Source: Macrostomum lignano
Lineage: Eukaryota
Direction of reading: 5' to 3'
Length of the DNA stretch: 64,000 bases
Assembly (NCBI GenBank): GCA_002269645.1
Contig: NIVC01004004.1
Coordinates: 1-64,000 of the forward strand
Shown: positions 25,686-37,676 of the stretch, one piece after another
How positions within the stretch are numbered: the first letter of the stretch is position 1
Layout of the letters: the number at the start of each line of letters is the position of its first letter
Notes under the pieces: generated by a model
What the model was told of the DNA's origin: nothing
Seen by the model: the letters and a program-made list of their open reading frames with translations, nothing else
The model's database searches: none
Translations under genes and position numbers: made by a program

Positions 25686-28600
25686 ATGACGGACTACCTG
25701 TACCGGTTCCTGTCGGGCGTGACCGGTTATTACCGGTCCATGAACGCCGCCTACCTCTCCGGCGCTATCGACGTGCTGGTTGTTGAGCAGCCGGACGGCA
25801 GCTTCCGCGGCAGCCCGTTTCACGTGCGCTTCGGCAAGTCGGCGAGTTTCCTGCCCCGCCAGCTGCACGTGGACGTCTACGTGAACGACCGGCCCACCGA
25901 GCTGCGGATGAAGCTCGGGCCGAACGGCGAGGCCTTCTTTGTCCGCGAGCTGCCGCCAGCAGCGCCGGAGACCCCGCCGCCCCCGGCCGCACTGGTCACC
26001 TCGCCGATTCAGAGCGACGACGAAGAGGAATACGAGGAGGAAGAGACCCGAAGGCCAGCAGCCGCTGCGGGAGGCGCCGCCGATCCGTCCACGTCCGCGA
26101 AGCTCCAATCGCCGATGCGGATGCTGCGAGCCGCCTCGCTGCCAACTCTGTTGCGGCCAGCTGAGGATTCGGCCGGCTCAGCCGAGTCCCACCGTCTGAT
26201 GATGGAAGGGGCGGCTGCCGCTGCGGCGGGAGCGGCGGTGGCAGCGACAGCGGCGGCTTCTTCGGAGTCTCCGCAGGCCGGGGCGATCGCGGACGCGGCA
26301 GCTACGGCAGCAGCGGCGGTGGCGGCGACAACCGACAGCCTGTCGACGCCCCTGACGGAGCAGCGGCTGATTCAGTGCCTGTCCGACACTGACGTCTCTG
26401 GCTCGGCGGCTGCCGCGGCAGCGGCGGCGGCGGCAGCGGAGGCCCAGCAGGCGGAGGAGCAGGTCGAGTGGCCGTGGGGTCAGTTCCCCCGCCTGATGGA
26501 GTCGGAGGCTGCGGCTGAGGAGATTCACGCCAAGTCCAACAGCGACGGGGGCAGCGCGGCCGAGGAGGACAGCGACGCTGCTGCTGCTGCGGCTGCCGCT
26601 CTCGCCGCGGCTGTCGCTGCGCCACCGCCTCCGCCGATCACCTCGGAGGCAGCAACTCCGCCGCAGCAGCCGGCGCCCGCTCAGGCGAGCAAGGCCTCCC
26701 AGGAAGGCGGAGTGTACCTGTCCGACCTGGACCCGCAGCTCAGCAGCCTGTACTTGTACGCCCCCGCGCCGAGGGCCGCTTCGCCCGCCTCCGAGGACGT
26801 CGGCTACAGGTCCTCGGACGACAACGCGCACAACAGCTCGCGGCCGCCGAATCCGCATCGTCAGCAGCTGGAGGGCCTCTCCCTGTCCCTGTGCGGCCCG
26901 CTGAAGCCGGAGGAGCAGCAGCAGCAGGCCTTTGAACTTGAGCAGTGGGCGCGGCACCTCGTCACCTACGAGGAGTTCATCCGGGATCCGGACGGCGTGC
27001 TGAACAGTCCGCAGCTGGTGGTTCAGCTGGCCGGCCAGTACAGCAACTGGCGGGTGGCGGCGCCGCAGATTCTGTCTCTGGTGGCCTTCGGCACGCCGCT
27101 GCCAGACCGGGCCGTCGATCAGCTGCGCAAGAAGCACCAGCAGCCGGCCAAGTCGTCCGCCGCCTCGGCAGCGGCTGGCGGCGCCAACGCCAATTCCAGC
27201 AGCTCGGGGGGCGGCGGCAGCGGCGGTGGCTCCTCCACTGGTCGGCGACGTCGGGCCTGGAACTTCCTTTGGAAGTCGTCTTCGTCGACCGCCGCGTCAA
27301 CGTCTGGCGCCGCCACAGCGGGCTCGACAACGACGTCGACAGCGTCGGCGGTCTCCGAGAAGTCGGCGGTCTCCGAGAAGTCGGCGGTCTCCGAGAAGTC
27401 GGCGGTCTCCGAGAAGTCGGCGGCAGAGGCGGAGCCGGCAGCATCGGAGCCGGTAGCACCGAAGGAGGCTCCAAAGCCTCAGCCTCAGCCACAGCCGCAA
27501 CCGCAGCCGCAGCACTATCACCAGTACTCCGACAGCAACGTGTACGTGAAGTCGGTCCGCCTGACCTCCGAGGAGATCGCTAGGCTGGAGCTTCGACCTG
27601 GCGTCAATCGAGTTGAGTTCAGCGTCACCACCGCATTCCAGGGCACCACCAGGTGCTGCGCTTGCATCTACCGGGTGCACCACACCGACAGGCTGGTTGT
27701 GTCGGACGTCGACGGCACGATCACCAGGAGCGACGTGCTCGGCCACCTCCTGCCGATGCTGGGCCGCAGCTGGTCTCACGAGGGTGTCACCCGCCTGTTC
27801 CGCTCCATCCGGGACAACGGCTACCACCTGCTCTACCTGAGCTCGCGCGGCATCGGCATGTCGGCCGTCACCCGCCAGTTTATCGACTGGGTCAACCAGG
27901 AGGACGTGGCCCTGCCCGACGGCCCCATCATGCTGAACCCGACCTCCTTGGTCACCGCGTTCCGCAAGGAGGTTATCGAAAAGTGAGATTTTGGCCTGTT
28001 TTGCTGGCAGATAATTGCCCCTACAAGAAACGCCCCCTCTAAGAATCGCCCCCTCTAAGAATCGCCACCTCAAATAATCGCCCTCCAACAATCGCACTGT
28101 CGATAATTTCCCTCCAAGAGTCGCCCATTCAAGAATCGCCCTTCAAGAATCCCCATCAAAAAATCTCTCCCTATACGAATCGCCCCTCCAAGAATCGCCC
28201 CCTAAAAAAATCGCCCCTCAAGAAATCGCCCCTCCAAGAATCTAAGAATCGCTTCTCCAAGAATCGCCCTACAAAAATCGCCTCTCCAAGAATCGCCCTA
28301 CAAGAATCGCCCTAAAAGAATCGCCTCTCCAAGAATCGCCCCCTCAAAAAATCGCCCCTCAAGGAATCGCCCCTCCAAGAATCTAAGAATCGCCCTACAA
28401 GAATCGCCCTACAAAAATCGCCTCTCCAAGAATCGCTTCTCCAAGAATCGCCCTACAAGAATCGCCCTACAAAAATCGCCTCTCCAAGAATCGCTTCTCC
28501 AAGAATCGCCCTACAAGAATCGCTTCTCCAAGAATCGCCTCTCCAAGAATCGGCCCCCTCCAATAATCGCCCTCCAATAATCGCCCTACAAGAATCGCTC

Positions 28601-29268
28601 CTCCAAGAGTCTAAAAATCGCCCACCCAGCCGCTTTCCATCAGCCAGACTCCAATCTCTCCTTGGCCCCGCAGGTGCCCGGAGAAGTTCAAAATCGCCTG
28701 CCTGTCGGACATTCGCTCGCTGTTCCCCGACGGCAACCCGTTCTACGCCGGCTTCGGCAACCGCGACACCGACGCCCTGAGCTACACGGCTGTCGGCGTG
28801 GCGCCTCAGCGCATCTTCATCATCAACCCCAGCAGCCAGGTCAGCCACCGCCACTCGCTGGTGCAGTCCACCAGCTACAAGGAGCTGGGCGCCCACGTCG
28901 ATCTGTACTTCCCCTGCCTGCCGGGCTCGCAGCACCATCAGCGGCTGCAGCGGCACCAGCATCAGCACGATGGCGAGTCCGAGTTCAATGACTTCTCCTA
29001 CTGGCGACAGCCGATGCTCGACGCTCCGCCTCCGCCTCCACCTCCACCGTCATCGCCGGCTGCTGCCACCGCCGCCGCCGCCGCTCCAGTGGCGCCGGAG
29101 TCTCCGACTTCTTCAACTAGTCCGGTTCCGCCGGTTGTCATGGTAACTGACGAGTCTGCGACGACGTCGGCTGGGGCGGCTGTGGTGGTCGACGAGCCGT
29201 CCAGTTCACCGCCTGTCAGCGCACCTGCCGCTGCCGCCGGTGCTGACTCTCAGCAGTCGGCTCAGTGA
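25686..29268 (+). CDS. LPIN: Lipin (phosphatidate phosphatase); 2 exons: 25686-27982 and 28674-29268
   Basis: N-LIP domain (LSGAIDVLVVEQPDGSFRGSPFHVRFGK) and C-LIP HAD motif SDVDGTITRSD. Intron GTGAGA...CCCCGCAG joins EVIEK|CPEKFKIACL...FYAGFGNR in frame. Confidence 0.96.
28020..28610. repeat. Intronic minisatellite (CTCCAAGAATCGCC family) filling the lipin intron
   Basis: Direct reading of the sequence. Confidence 0.92.
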
Positions 29269-29384
29269 GCCGTGAGTTGGGTGCAAGAACCCGGTTTTTT
29301 CTAAGAAAGACAGATGGCAGGATACATTTTGGCTATCGGTTCTAGATCTCGTTCATCGCGGCAACAACATTCCCAATTTGTGGA

Positions 29385-29940
29385 TTGGCTCCACCAACTC
29401 CAAATCTCACCCCATCGTCTCTCTTTCCTCCAACTCCAAATCTCACCCCATCGTCTCTCTTCAACTCCAAATCTCACACCATCGTCTCTCTCCTAACTCC
29501 AAATCTCACCCCATCGTCTCTCCCCCCAGCTCCAAATCTGACCCCATCGTCTCTCTCTCTCCTCCAACTCCAAATCTCACCCCATCGTCTCTCTTCAACT
29601 CCAAATCTCACACCATCGTCTCTCTTCAACTCCAAATCTCACCCATCGGCTCTCTCTCCTCCAACTCCAAATCTCACCCCATCGTTTCTCTCCCACAACT
29701 CCAAATTTCACCCCATCGTCTTTCCCCTCAGCTCCAAATCTGACCCCATCGTCTCTCTTCAGCTCCAAATCTCACACCATCGTCTCTCTTCAACTCCAAA
29801 TCTCACACCATCGTCTCTCTTCAACTCCAAATCTCACCCATCGTCTCTCTTCCCCAACTCCAAATCTCACCCCACCGTCTCCTTCCAACTCCAAATGTCA
29901 CCATCCTCATCGTCTCTCGACCCCCACCTTAACTCCAAAT
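29385..29940. repeat. ~30-bp minisatellite (CTCCAACTCCAAATCTCACCCCATCGTCTCT) downstream of lipin
   Basis: Direct reading of the sequence. Confidence 0.92.
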
Positions 29941-31222
29941 CTCATCTCTATCCTTATTTGTATTTCACCCAATTTATAGAACTGTCGTCATTATCTGCGT
30001 CTTCTACTGTAAGTAGCATAAACTGTTTTTTTACCATATTTTCGGGTATTCAATTATTGTACGTTGAAAATTTAAAGTTCGTCAAAATAATCTTTTCAAC
30101 GCGATTTAATTCTTATCTTTCTGAATTTCTTCCATTTTTCTTTGTTTTCAGTGGTTTTTCTTTTCTTTTTTTATGTACGACAATTAATACGTAGTGCCAG
30201 TACTGTGTGCTGTGTGCCAGGATTCGGTGGCTTTCAGTATTTAATTGGCAACTGGCCTCTTGATTTGTGCAAACGCTTTGGGCTCTTTTTTAAAATCTCG
30301 TCACGCCTTGTCTTCTGTATCTATACAGAATTGCTCTTGGTCAGGATTTGTCTAGATCTGGTCATTGCTTGTCTAGATCTGGTCATTGCTCGTTGATTTT
30401 GTCGGATTTATTGCTGCATTGTTTTTGTTATCAGTGTCAGATCATATTTGATCTATTAACAACCAAATCGCCGTCTCTTTGATGCATTGATTGATTAGCA
30501 GAAATTGCCACCCTTGAACTTAAATCTCTTTAGATTTGATTTAATCGCAAATCAGCGCGTGTTACTACTTATATTTATTTAGTAACTAAACTGTTAACGC
30601 TTTCATTTATAGTGCAAATACATTGCAAACTGCAACCCAGCCTGACCAGTGAGCGCGGTTCGAACCTCGAACCTCTGTGACGATTTAGACTACAAGAATA
30701 CATAATATAAATTTTGTTTTTTTCTTTTGGAGTTTGCCAGCAACTTTTAAAGATTATTAAAATGAAAATTTAACTGCCAGGCAGCGCCAGTAATCAACTC
30801 CGGGCGTTCATTTTAAAAAATTAAAATCAGTTAAACAGTTAAACAAAAAATAAAAACAAATTTTGCGAATCATGCGCTTTTGATTCTGAATTTCGTAACG
30901 TACTTTTGCGTCATAAGTTTATTTAATCAAGTCGATTTTTATTGAATATGGATTAAATTATCAAGAATATCTCTTATAGGTTGCATAATTAATTTAATTT
31001 AATTTATTCATTATTAATGAGCTCTCTCGTCTTTACTTAACCATACGAGTGCGCTAATTTATACTTCCTATCCTGTAATAATAGTATTACAAATAAATGC
31101 CGCACGCAAAACAACAAAACGGGAGTTGCATGAAATGAAGCTTTCGGTAGTTAATAATGGCAGGATAAGACAGTAATCCGGACAGGATGTCAGTAATTAG
31201 TTCAGAGTCCAGGTAGGCCTCC

Positions 31223-31420
31223 TCAGATGCCGATTCGGATGTGCTGCACGATCTCGAAGATGGCCGAGCCGCACACGACAAAAACGAAGACGCCGAGTAG
31301 CCAGGCGCTAACGGGCGGCCCGTCGCTCTTGGTCTTGAGCGATTTGGGAATGTTGCCACGCTGGGTGATGTTGTTGCTGGCCCGCTCGTTCATGATTCGC
31401 ATTCTCTGCTTGGGCGCCAT
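31223..31420 (-). CDS. SERP1: Stress-associated ER protein / RAMP4, intronless, 65 aa
   Basis: MAPKQRMRIMNERASNNITQRGNI...WLLGVFVFVVCGSAIFEIVQHIRIG matches the SERP1/RAMP4 pattern end to end. Confidence 0.95.
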   Translation of the reverse strand: MAPKQRMRIMNERASNNITQRGNIPKSLKTKSDGPPVSAWLLGVFVFVVCGSAIFEIVQHIRIGI

Positions 31421-33050
31421 TTGATTTCTGTTGCAGTTTGATGAAGGCTCTGCACTCCTTTATTTGCTTGCGTTATTGCTGCGGTAGTTAGAGGCGGTGA
31501 AGAGAAAGGCTTGGTTCAGCAAATCGCGGGCCTCTAAATAGGCGAAGCTAGAAAGGCTTAGAACAGTTTGTGCGGTAGCCGAACTCTTACACAGGGCTAG
31601 TGCTGAATCACGCTCAAATTGCTACCCTTTGGCCCAAACGGGCGGCAAGAGTTTGACGGCTCAAAGACCCAATGAGCGGCCGGCCTCGGAGAGGGGGTCT
31701 GAATGTACAATCAGGGCGGGGGGTTGCCTCCCGATATCTATTTTTAGAACAATTGTGCGAAGCACAACGTGCGGCCCGGCTCGGGCTTCGCGCTCGTGGG
31801 GTCTTATCAGCGCACGTCGCGCGCAATGGAAAATTCCTCTGTATTTCCAAAGCCCGAGCTGTTGTCCCTCTATGCGTACATTTGAGATAAGCTTGTGGGA
31901 TGACCCGTGAAGAACTTCTCAATGCAACCAACCGCCAGATTCTGCGTGGGTGTGCCGTGAATTCGTGGAAGATTCTAGAAGAGGGGGCACAGAAAATAAG
32001 TTTGCTATCTCTTCCTCTCTACCACGTACATTTATATCGGGGGAGTATGGACGAAAATTGTGTTGGGGATTTCCTAACATGGAAAGGGGAATAAGGGACG
32101 GGCATTTGAGTGCTCAAGTCCCCTGGAGTGAAGGCGCAGTATTGCCATTCTAGCTAGTGGACTAGATTTGCTGACAAAAGCAAAATTTCTGCCTCAACTA
32201 CTAACCCTGGTAGAATATTTTGCCAAGTAAGCACTTTCGTAGCTGTACGTTCAAAGCCAGAGCGCGTGACTGCATTGCTGCTTTTGCGCAAAACATATTT
32301 CCTGATACAGCAAAATAATTGCTTTCAATTCAACGGATCTTTTTCATGGAATGGCTATCTGTCTTTTTTACGTAGCTGTTTAGTTCATTACTGCAATTAC
32401 TGTGAATTACGATGCTATTAATTGCTGTAAATTGTAATCGATCAGGCTACATACATGTAATTATTAATTAAGCAAAGCGGTGTCACGTAGCTCTTTAGAC
32501 TCGGTTTCAGCCTCCATTGTCTTCAACAGTTCCCCTAATTACATGCAGGGGAAGATGAATAATCGCGGGACCAGAAGCAGTCTTGTCAGGCCTTCAAAAC
32601 ACTGGAGTTCTCGCCTACTGTTGCACAAATTCTACGGATTAACAACTTCTTTTCTACTCTGTATATGCAAAAATGACCCGACCCGGGCTTCTGGGCTTCT
32701 TGCCGTATTTTTCAGTCGAGTGACAGTGGAGACAATTCTGGATTTGCGTTATTTTATTCGTACTGAAATTTATCGCTGTACACATTCTCCTTATACTTTT
32801 AAGTAGCATTGTTGGAACATGACGATGTTGATAATATTGTTATTCTCTTGCTTGTTTGTACAGTCGAAAGAAAATTGAAGTTTGTTAGACGCATTTTTTG
32901 TGCAATTTATTGGCAAATAGTTCTTTATTTTCACCCTTGCTATATATCGTTTATTTCTTTGGGTCTCAAGACTTGTCAAGAATAAGACTTGCAAAACACG
33001 CGGGGCTACCTGCCTACATTTTCAACGCTTTCAAATCCTCGGCTGGCTTT

Positions 33051-34764
33051 TTAAGGGAAGCCAGGGATGCTAACGCTGCCGAGGACCTTGGACAGCTCGT
33101 GACGGATCGGCGACTCGATGGCAGCTACAATGAGGTGCTGGACGGCGTTCACAACGACGTTGGCCACCGGCGTAAGGATCCAGTCCAGCGGGCCGAGGCC
33201 GCTGATGCTGACGGCAACTGGGCTGACCTCGCTGATGGCGAAGTGATCCAGTCTCGGGCTCGAGCCGGCCGCGACGTCGGCGCTGACGCGGAAGACGACT
33301 CGGACGCGGGAGACCAGGAAAGAGATGCCGGCGTTGACGCCGATGCCCATGAACTCGGCGCGGGAGTCGAAGCTTCCACGGATGTTGTCAATGCCAATGA
33401 CGCAGCCGACGACAACATTGGTGCCCTGCGCGCCGATGTTGCAGTTTCCGGCCCTGTGGATGGTGGACAGACCGTAGGCCAGACCGTTGTACATCCTGGC
33501 GCTGCCCCACACGGTGACCAGAAGAATCTTCTTGGAGAAGCTGACCCGCTGCTCTGGAATGCTGATCGGGTCCAGGTTGTTGGCGTGGATGAGCGGCCTC
33601 AGGTTGGCCATCAGCCTATCGACGTAGTTGTTGGCGCTTTCATCGACGGGTCGGAGGCGGTTGCTGCTGTAGGGCAGCATGCCGCCCAGGATGTCGCGCA
33701 GATCTACCTTGGCAAGCTCGTTGTTGATGACCGTGCGCAGGATGCGGTTGACCTCGGGCAGCAGGTTGCCCTTCAGCCTGTCGTAGATCAGCTTGCCCAT
33801 GGCGTTCAGCAGGGTGTTGACCACGCTACCGAGGTTGCCGCCGCCGACGATGCCCTCCAGGTACATCTGCACCTGAGAGAAGGTCAGGTCGACTTGCAAG
33901 TTGTTCAGTTGAACACGGGTGAAGTCCTCGATGGACACGGAAGCCACGAAGCGAATGCTCAGGTCGTTGATTTGGATGGCAGCCGGACCGCTGCCGTACA
34001 GCGGGAAGATCAGAATCTTGCCCTGGTGGTGGGGTTGATGAGTACATGTTTAGTGGCTCCGATGCTTCATACGAGTACATGTCCGTCTGTATACATTAAA
34101 GAGGCGTTCGATAGATTATGGATTATAATCCTTCTGGTTTAAACTTCTTCTTCTTCTGGTTTATAATTCTTCTAGTGCCACTAAGTACTAAGGACTCAAG
34201 AAGTCATTGGAAGGCGCTTCAGAACGGCCCTGCTGTGAGCAAGGAATTTGATTTCCTCAGAAGCAAGCCGACTTGCAGGAGAAACTAAAAATCTACAGCT
34301 TATGGGTCTTCTTGGGTAAATATTGATTCTCACAAGCTTACACCTTTCTCTCCCGCGACTGTAAGCTTAAAAAAACTCACGTCCAGATTGTAATCGGCTC
34401 GGGCCGCCACCTGCGGGAAGAACAGGTCGAGCTCGATGCTCATGCTGCCAGTGTGGCCCTTGGCATCGCGCACGACAAAGGAGGACAGGCCGTTCATGAC
34501 GAAGTTGCGCATGTTGAGCTGGACGTCGGCGACGCCCTCTTTAATCCGGGGGATGTCGATGACCGGCAGAGACAGCGGCTCAAGCGGCGGGATCATCAGC
34601 TCGGGGATTCCGTGCGGCATCGCCTGGCGCAGGTTCTCCAGAGTGGCCTTGATGTAGATGCTGATGGTGTCCAGGTCCGGGTCGGACAGAGGCGTCTCGG
34701 CGTTGCGGCAGCTGACCGCTGCCAGCAGGCAGCAGGCGACGGCGAGGCTCAGTAGTTTTAGCAT
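33051..34764 (-). CDS. Secreted two-domain lipid-binding protein (JHBP/takeout-like + Der p 7/group 7 allergen-like); exons 34764-34381 and 34022-33051
   Basis: Signal peptide MLKLLSLAVACCLLAAVSC; takeout motifs GIPELMIPPLEPL and YNLD|GKILIFPLYGSG, joined across a GTGAGT...CCAG phase-0 intron. The C-terminal domain (LDPISIPE...GLSTIHRAG...ISGLGPLDWIL) resembles Der p 7. Confidence 0.78.
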
Positions 34765-35734
34765 CTGCGCGTGGACAAAATGCACGATGGGCGTCACAGA
34801 ATTGCATTAAAGATTTTTACACTATAGGCTGAAAGGTTGATTCGAACTCCAATTCTCTGTAGATCGAGATTCAACATTGCCAAGCGAAGCTTCGGGTTAC
34901 ATTTGCAGGATTGATACTACGTATTTAAGAGGTGAATACAGGTAGACTTACCTTCGTCAATATAGGTTTAGAACTAATAATTAACTTTTTACCGAAGTCT
35001 CGCCTACACTACTGAGACCTATAGAAGCAGAGCGTTGGTCCGACTCGCGCCTTTTTGTAAGGCAAGAGATGAGACCGCATGGGTCCACGGTGAGGCGCCC
35101 GGCACCTCGGACCACCGCGCCCTCTGCCTGGCACGCGCTGGCTGGCTGACTTGGATGAGATACGAATAGGATTGACATGCTACAGGCACTGCAGTGTGCA
35201 GTGGGAACCGCGGCAGAAGCGACTGAAAAGAGACAGAGGCAGTTGGACAGGTTGAGAACCCCCTGTGTGCCGTAGTCAGCTGGCGGACCGCAGCGCAGCG
35301 CGGTGTCAAGCGTCTAAAGTGGCCAGATCTTTTTCTGCTCTAAATGATTCAAGATAAAAGTCTAGAGTATTAAAATCTCATGATTGCTATGTTTACTAAG
35401 ATTGGAGTTCTAAAAAATGCTTATCCTGCAATGATGAATTTTTCTGCTGATGCTGTTGTCTATATTTGCCTTTGTGTCACTGTTGTCGTATAGACAATAA
35501 ATTATTAATACGAGCTAGAAGTTAGCTGAATTATCTATGGTGAATTAACGGTTGAGATTGTCTGTGGGGAAGAGCATGGTAGGCGAAGGGAGACGGCTAA
35601 CTGAAAAGTACGAGGTTGAATTGCAAAATAGAAAGTACAATTATTTGGAGGATGGAAATCTGACGACTGTAATGTGACGTTGTGCGTTTAAATTTCTTAT
35701 TTATTACTACAAGACTTATTGACTTGTCCCCACA

Positions 35735-35890
35735 ATCAGGCCACCAGACCCCTATGACCCCCACAGTCAGGCCACCAGACCCCTATGACCCCCACAGTCA
35801 GGTCACCAGACCCCTATGAGCCCCACAGTCAGGCCACCAGACCCCTATGACCCGCACAGTCAGGCCACCAGACCCTCATAACCCTTACAG
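35735..35890. repeat. 30-bp tandem repeat, ~5 copies (CAGTCAGGCCACCAGACCCCTATGACCCCC)
   Basis: Direct reading of the sequence. Confidence 0.9.
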
Positions 35891-36173
35891 TCAGGCCGCT
35901 GGGCCTCATGAAGTTTTCTTGAGTTTCTTAAGTCGGCTATTCCTTTTCCCCTCACAATCATAGTTACATGTACATGTACAAGCCAATCGATATTATACAA
36001 TGTACTACACTAATAATGTTGTTATTCATTTTAGGAAAACGTGGATGACTCCTAGAAACTTAACGTCCCGCTTCCTAATGCTGAGCCTTGAGGGTTCTTT
36101 GGCCTACTGCACGGTCAGGTGGAGCGGCCGGGTGGGTACCGCGCCCCTTCGAGGGTAGCCCACCAACCTTTAT

Positions 36174-37505
36174 CATGGCCTTCGAGCCAACTATGGATAA
36201 AAACCCTATTTCTAGGGACGGGGTCCCTTCTAAACCCCAACCTCAGTCCGAAGGACCGGCCGGCCCTGCTGCCAGATCCCAACCGACTGATTCAACTGTG
36301 GCAAAGGAAGGACCGGCTGGCTCTGCTGGCAGATCCGACCAGAGCTACCAAAACCAAAGTACCCAAAGACCTGCCAGCTCTGCTGGTGGATCAAAGGGAA
36401 CCGCGGGCTCTGAGCCTAAAGGATCGGCCAAATCTGGCAGATCCGACGAAGCTCAGCGGGCTCGGCTCGAGCGCAAACGCGCTAAGCAACGCGCCAAAAG
36501 GCAGGCCAAGAAGGGAGCTGCGGGGGCCAAAGCGGCGGCGTCCACCATGGACGCTGAAGCGACTGGCGTCCCAAGGCAACCAGACGGGCCGGCCGGTGGA
36601 AGCTCCAGTAGTTCAGCGGCGGCGCTCCCTGGAGATGCTGCTGCGGCTGCTGAGGCCGAAACCACGGCGCAACAAATGGCCACTGCCAACAAGGAGGTTC
36701 CTTCGGGAGCTACCTTTGCGGCGAAGGCCAAGGCCAAAATCCCGGGAGTGATCATCCAAGGTCGCGACCAGGACTGGACAACTGATCAGCTTCAAAAAGC
36801 GTGGAGTGCTATTGACTCCTATCTGATTGAGCTGACTGTCGAGGAGGGAATCTCCATCGGCATTGAGCGGATGGTGCTGCGAAGCACATTCGTTCTTATT
36901 GCTCCTAGCAGTGAGGAGGACGCTCAGCAGCTGCTCCAGCGGCTGCCGACGGTCTCCTTGGATGCTGACCTCGGCGGAGCCCTTTTTCTTCGCGAAGGCC
37001 AGCGTCCAAAGACAATACCCTACGTGGTTTTTGTCCCTGCAAAGAGCACCGCAGCTGGACCAGACGTTATCCGTCGGATCCTACTGCGCCTGAATCCCGA
37101 CCTCCCTGCTAGTGGACTGGTGTATCACCGCAATGTCCGCAGGGGGAAACAGGCAAATCAATCGTCCTCGGCCTTTCCAACGCTTGGGAGAGTCGGTACC
37201 CAAACGGATCCTCTTTCCAGCTGGGTGCCCTCAAGCTCAAGATGCGCCGAGGAAAGTCTGCCAAAGGGAAGCCTACTGCCAATCCCGGAATCTCCGGCAA
37301 GAGCGGGGCGCAGTCTAAGGCCCAAGGAAAGGCGCAAGCCGATCCCAAAGCCGGAGCTGCGTCTCGCCCCTCTGCTAGCAACAGTTTGGCGACCGCGGTG
37401 ACGGCTCCGGCCAAGCCCCGGGAACCAAACCTGCCAGCCGGAGAAGGAGTTGAGGACGAGGCCGGGTCTTCCGAATCCGAGCTCTCCTCGGCCACCCTGG
37501 TCTGA
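36174..37505 (+). pseudogene. LINE ORF1 (gag-like), one frameshift in a G-run near 37145
   Basis: The frame of 36088..37401 continues after the shift as GETGKSIVLGL...MRRGKSAKGKP to the stop at 37505. Confidence 0.75.
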
Positions 37506-37676
37506 AGTTTCAAATCTGAATTTCGCAAGGCCAAGGAATGTAAATGGCGCCAATTCTGCAATGAGTTGGATCAAGACAGACCTACTTCTAGGCTTGTCAA
37601 GGCCCTTACAATGGACAAAATGTCCAAATTAGCTATGATCAGAAAAGATGATGGCTCTCTTACTAAAGACCCTTAA

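Noticed and set aside
31500-31950. GC/CCAAT-box-rich region upstream of SERP1 as a bidirectional promoter for a plus-strand gene
   Set aside because: The motifs are present, but no supportable plus-strand coding exon follows.
32898-34142. 414-aa plus-strand ORF, and similar antisense ORFs over the RhoGAP, lipin and FReD genes
   Set aside because: They are shadows of GC-rich codon usage on the opposite strand of recognisable genes.
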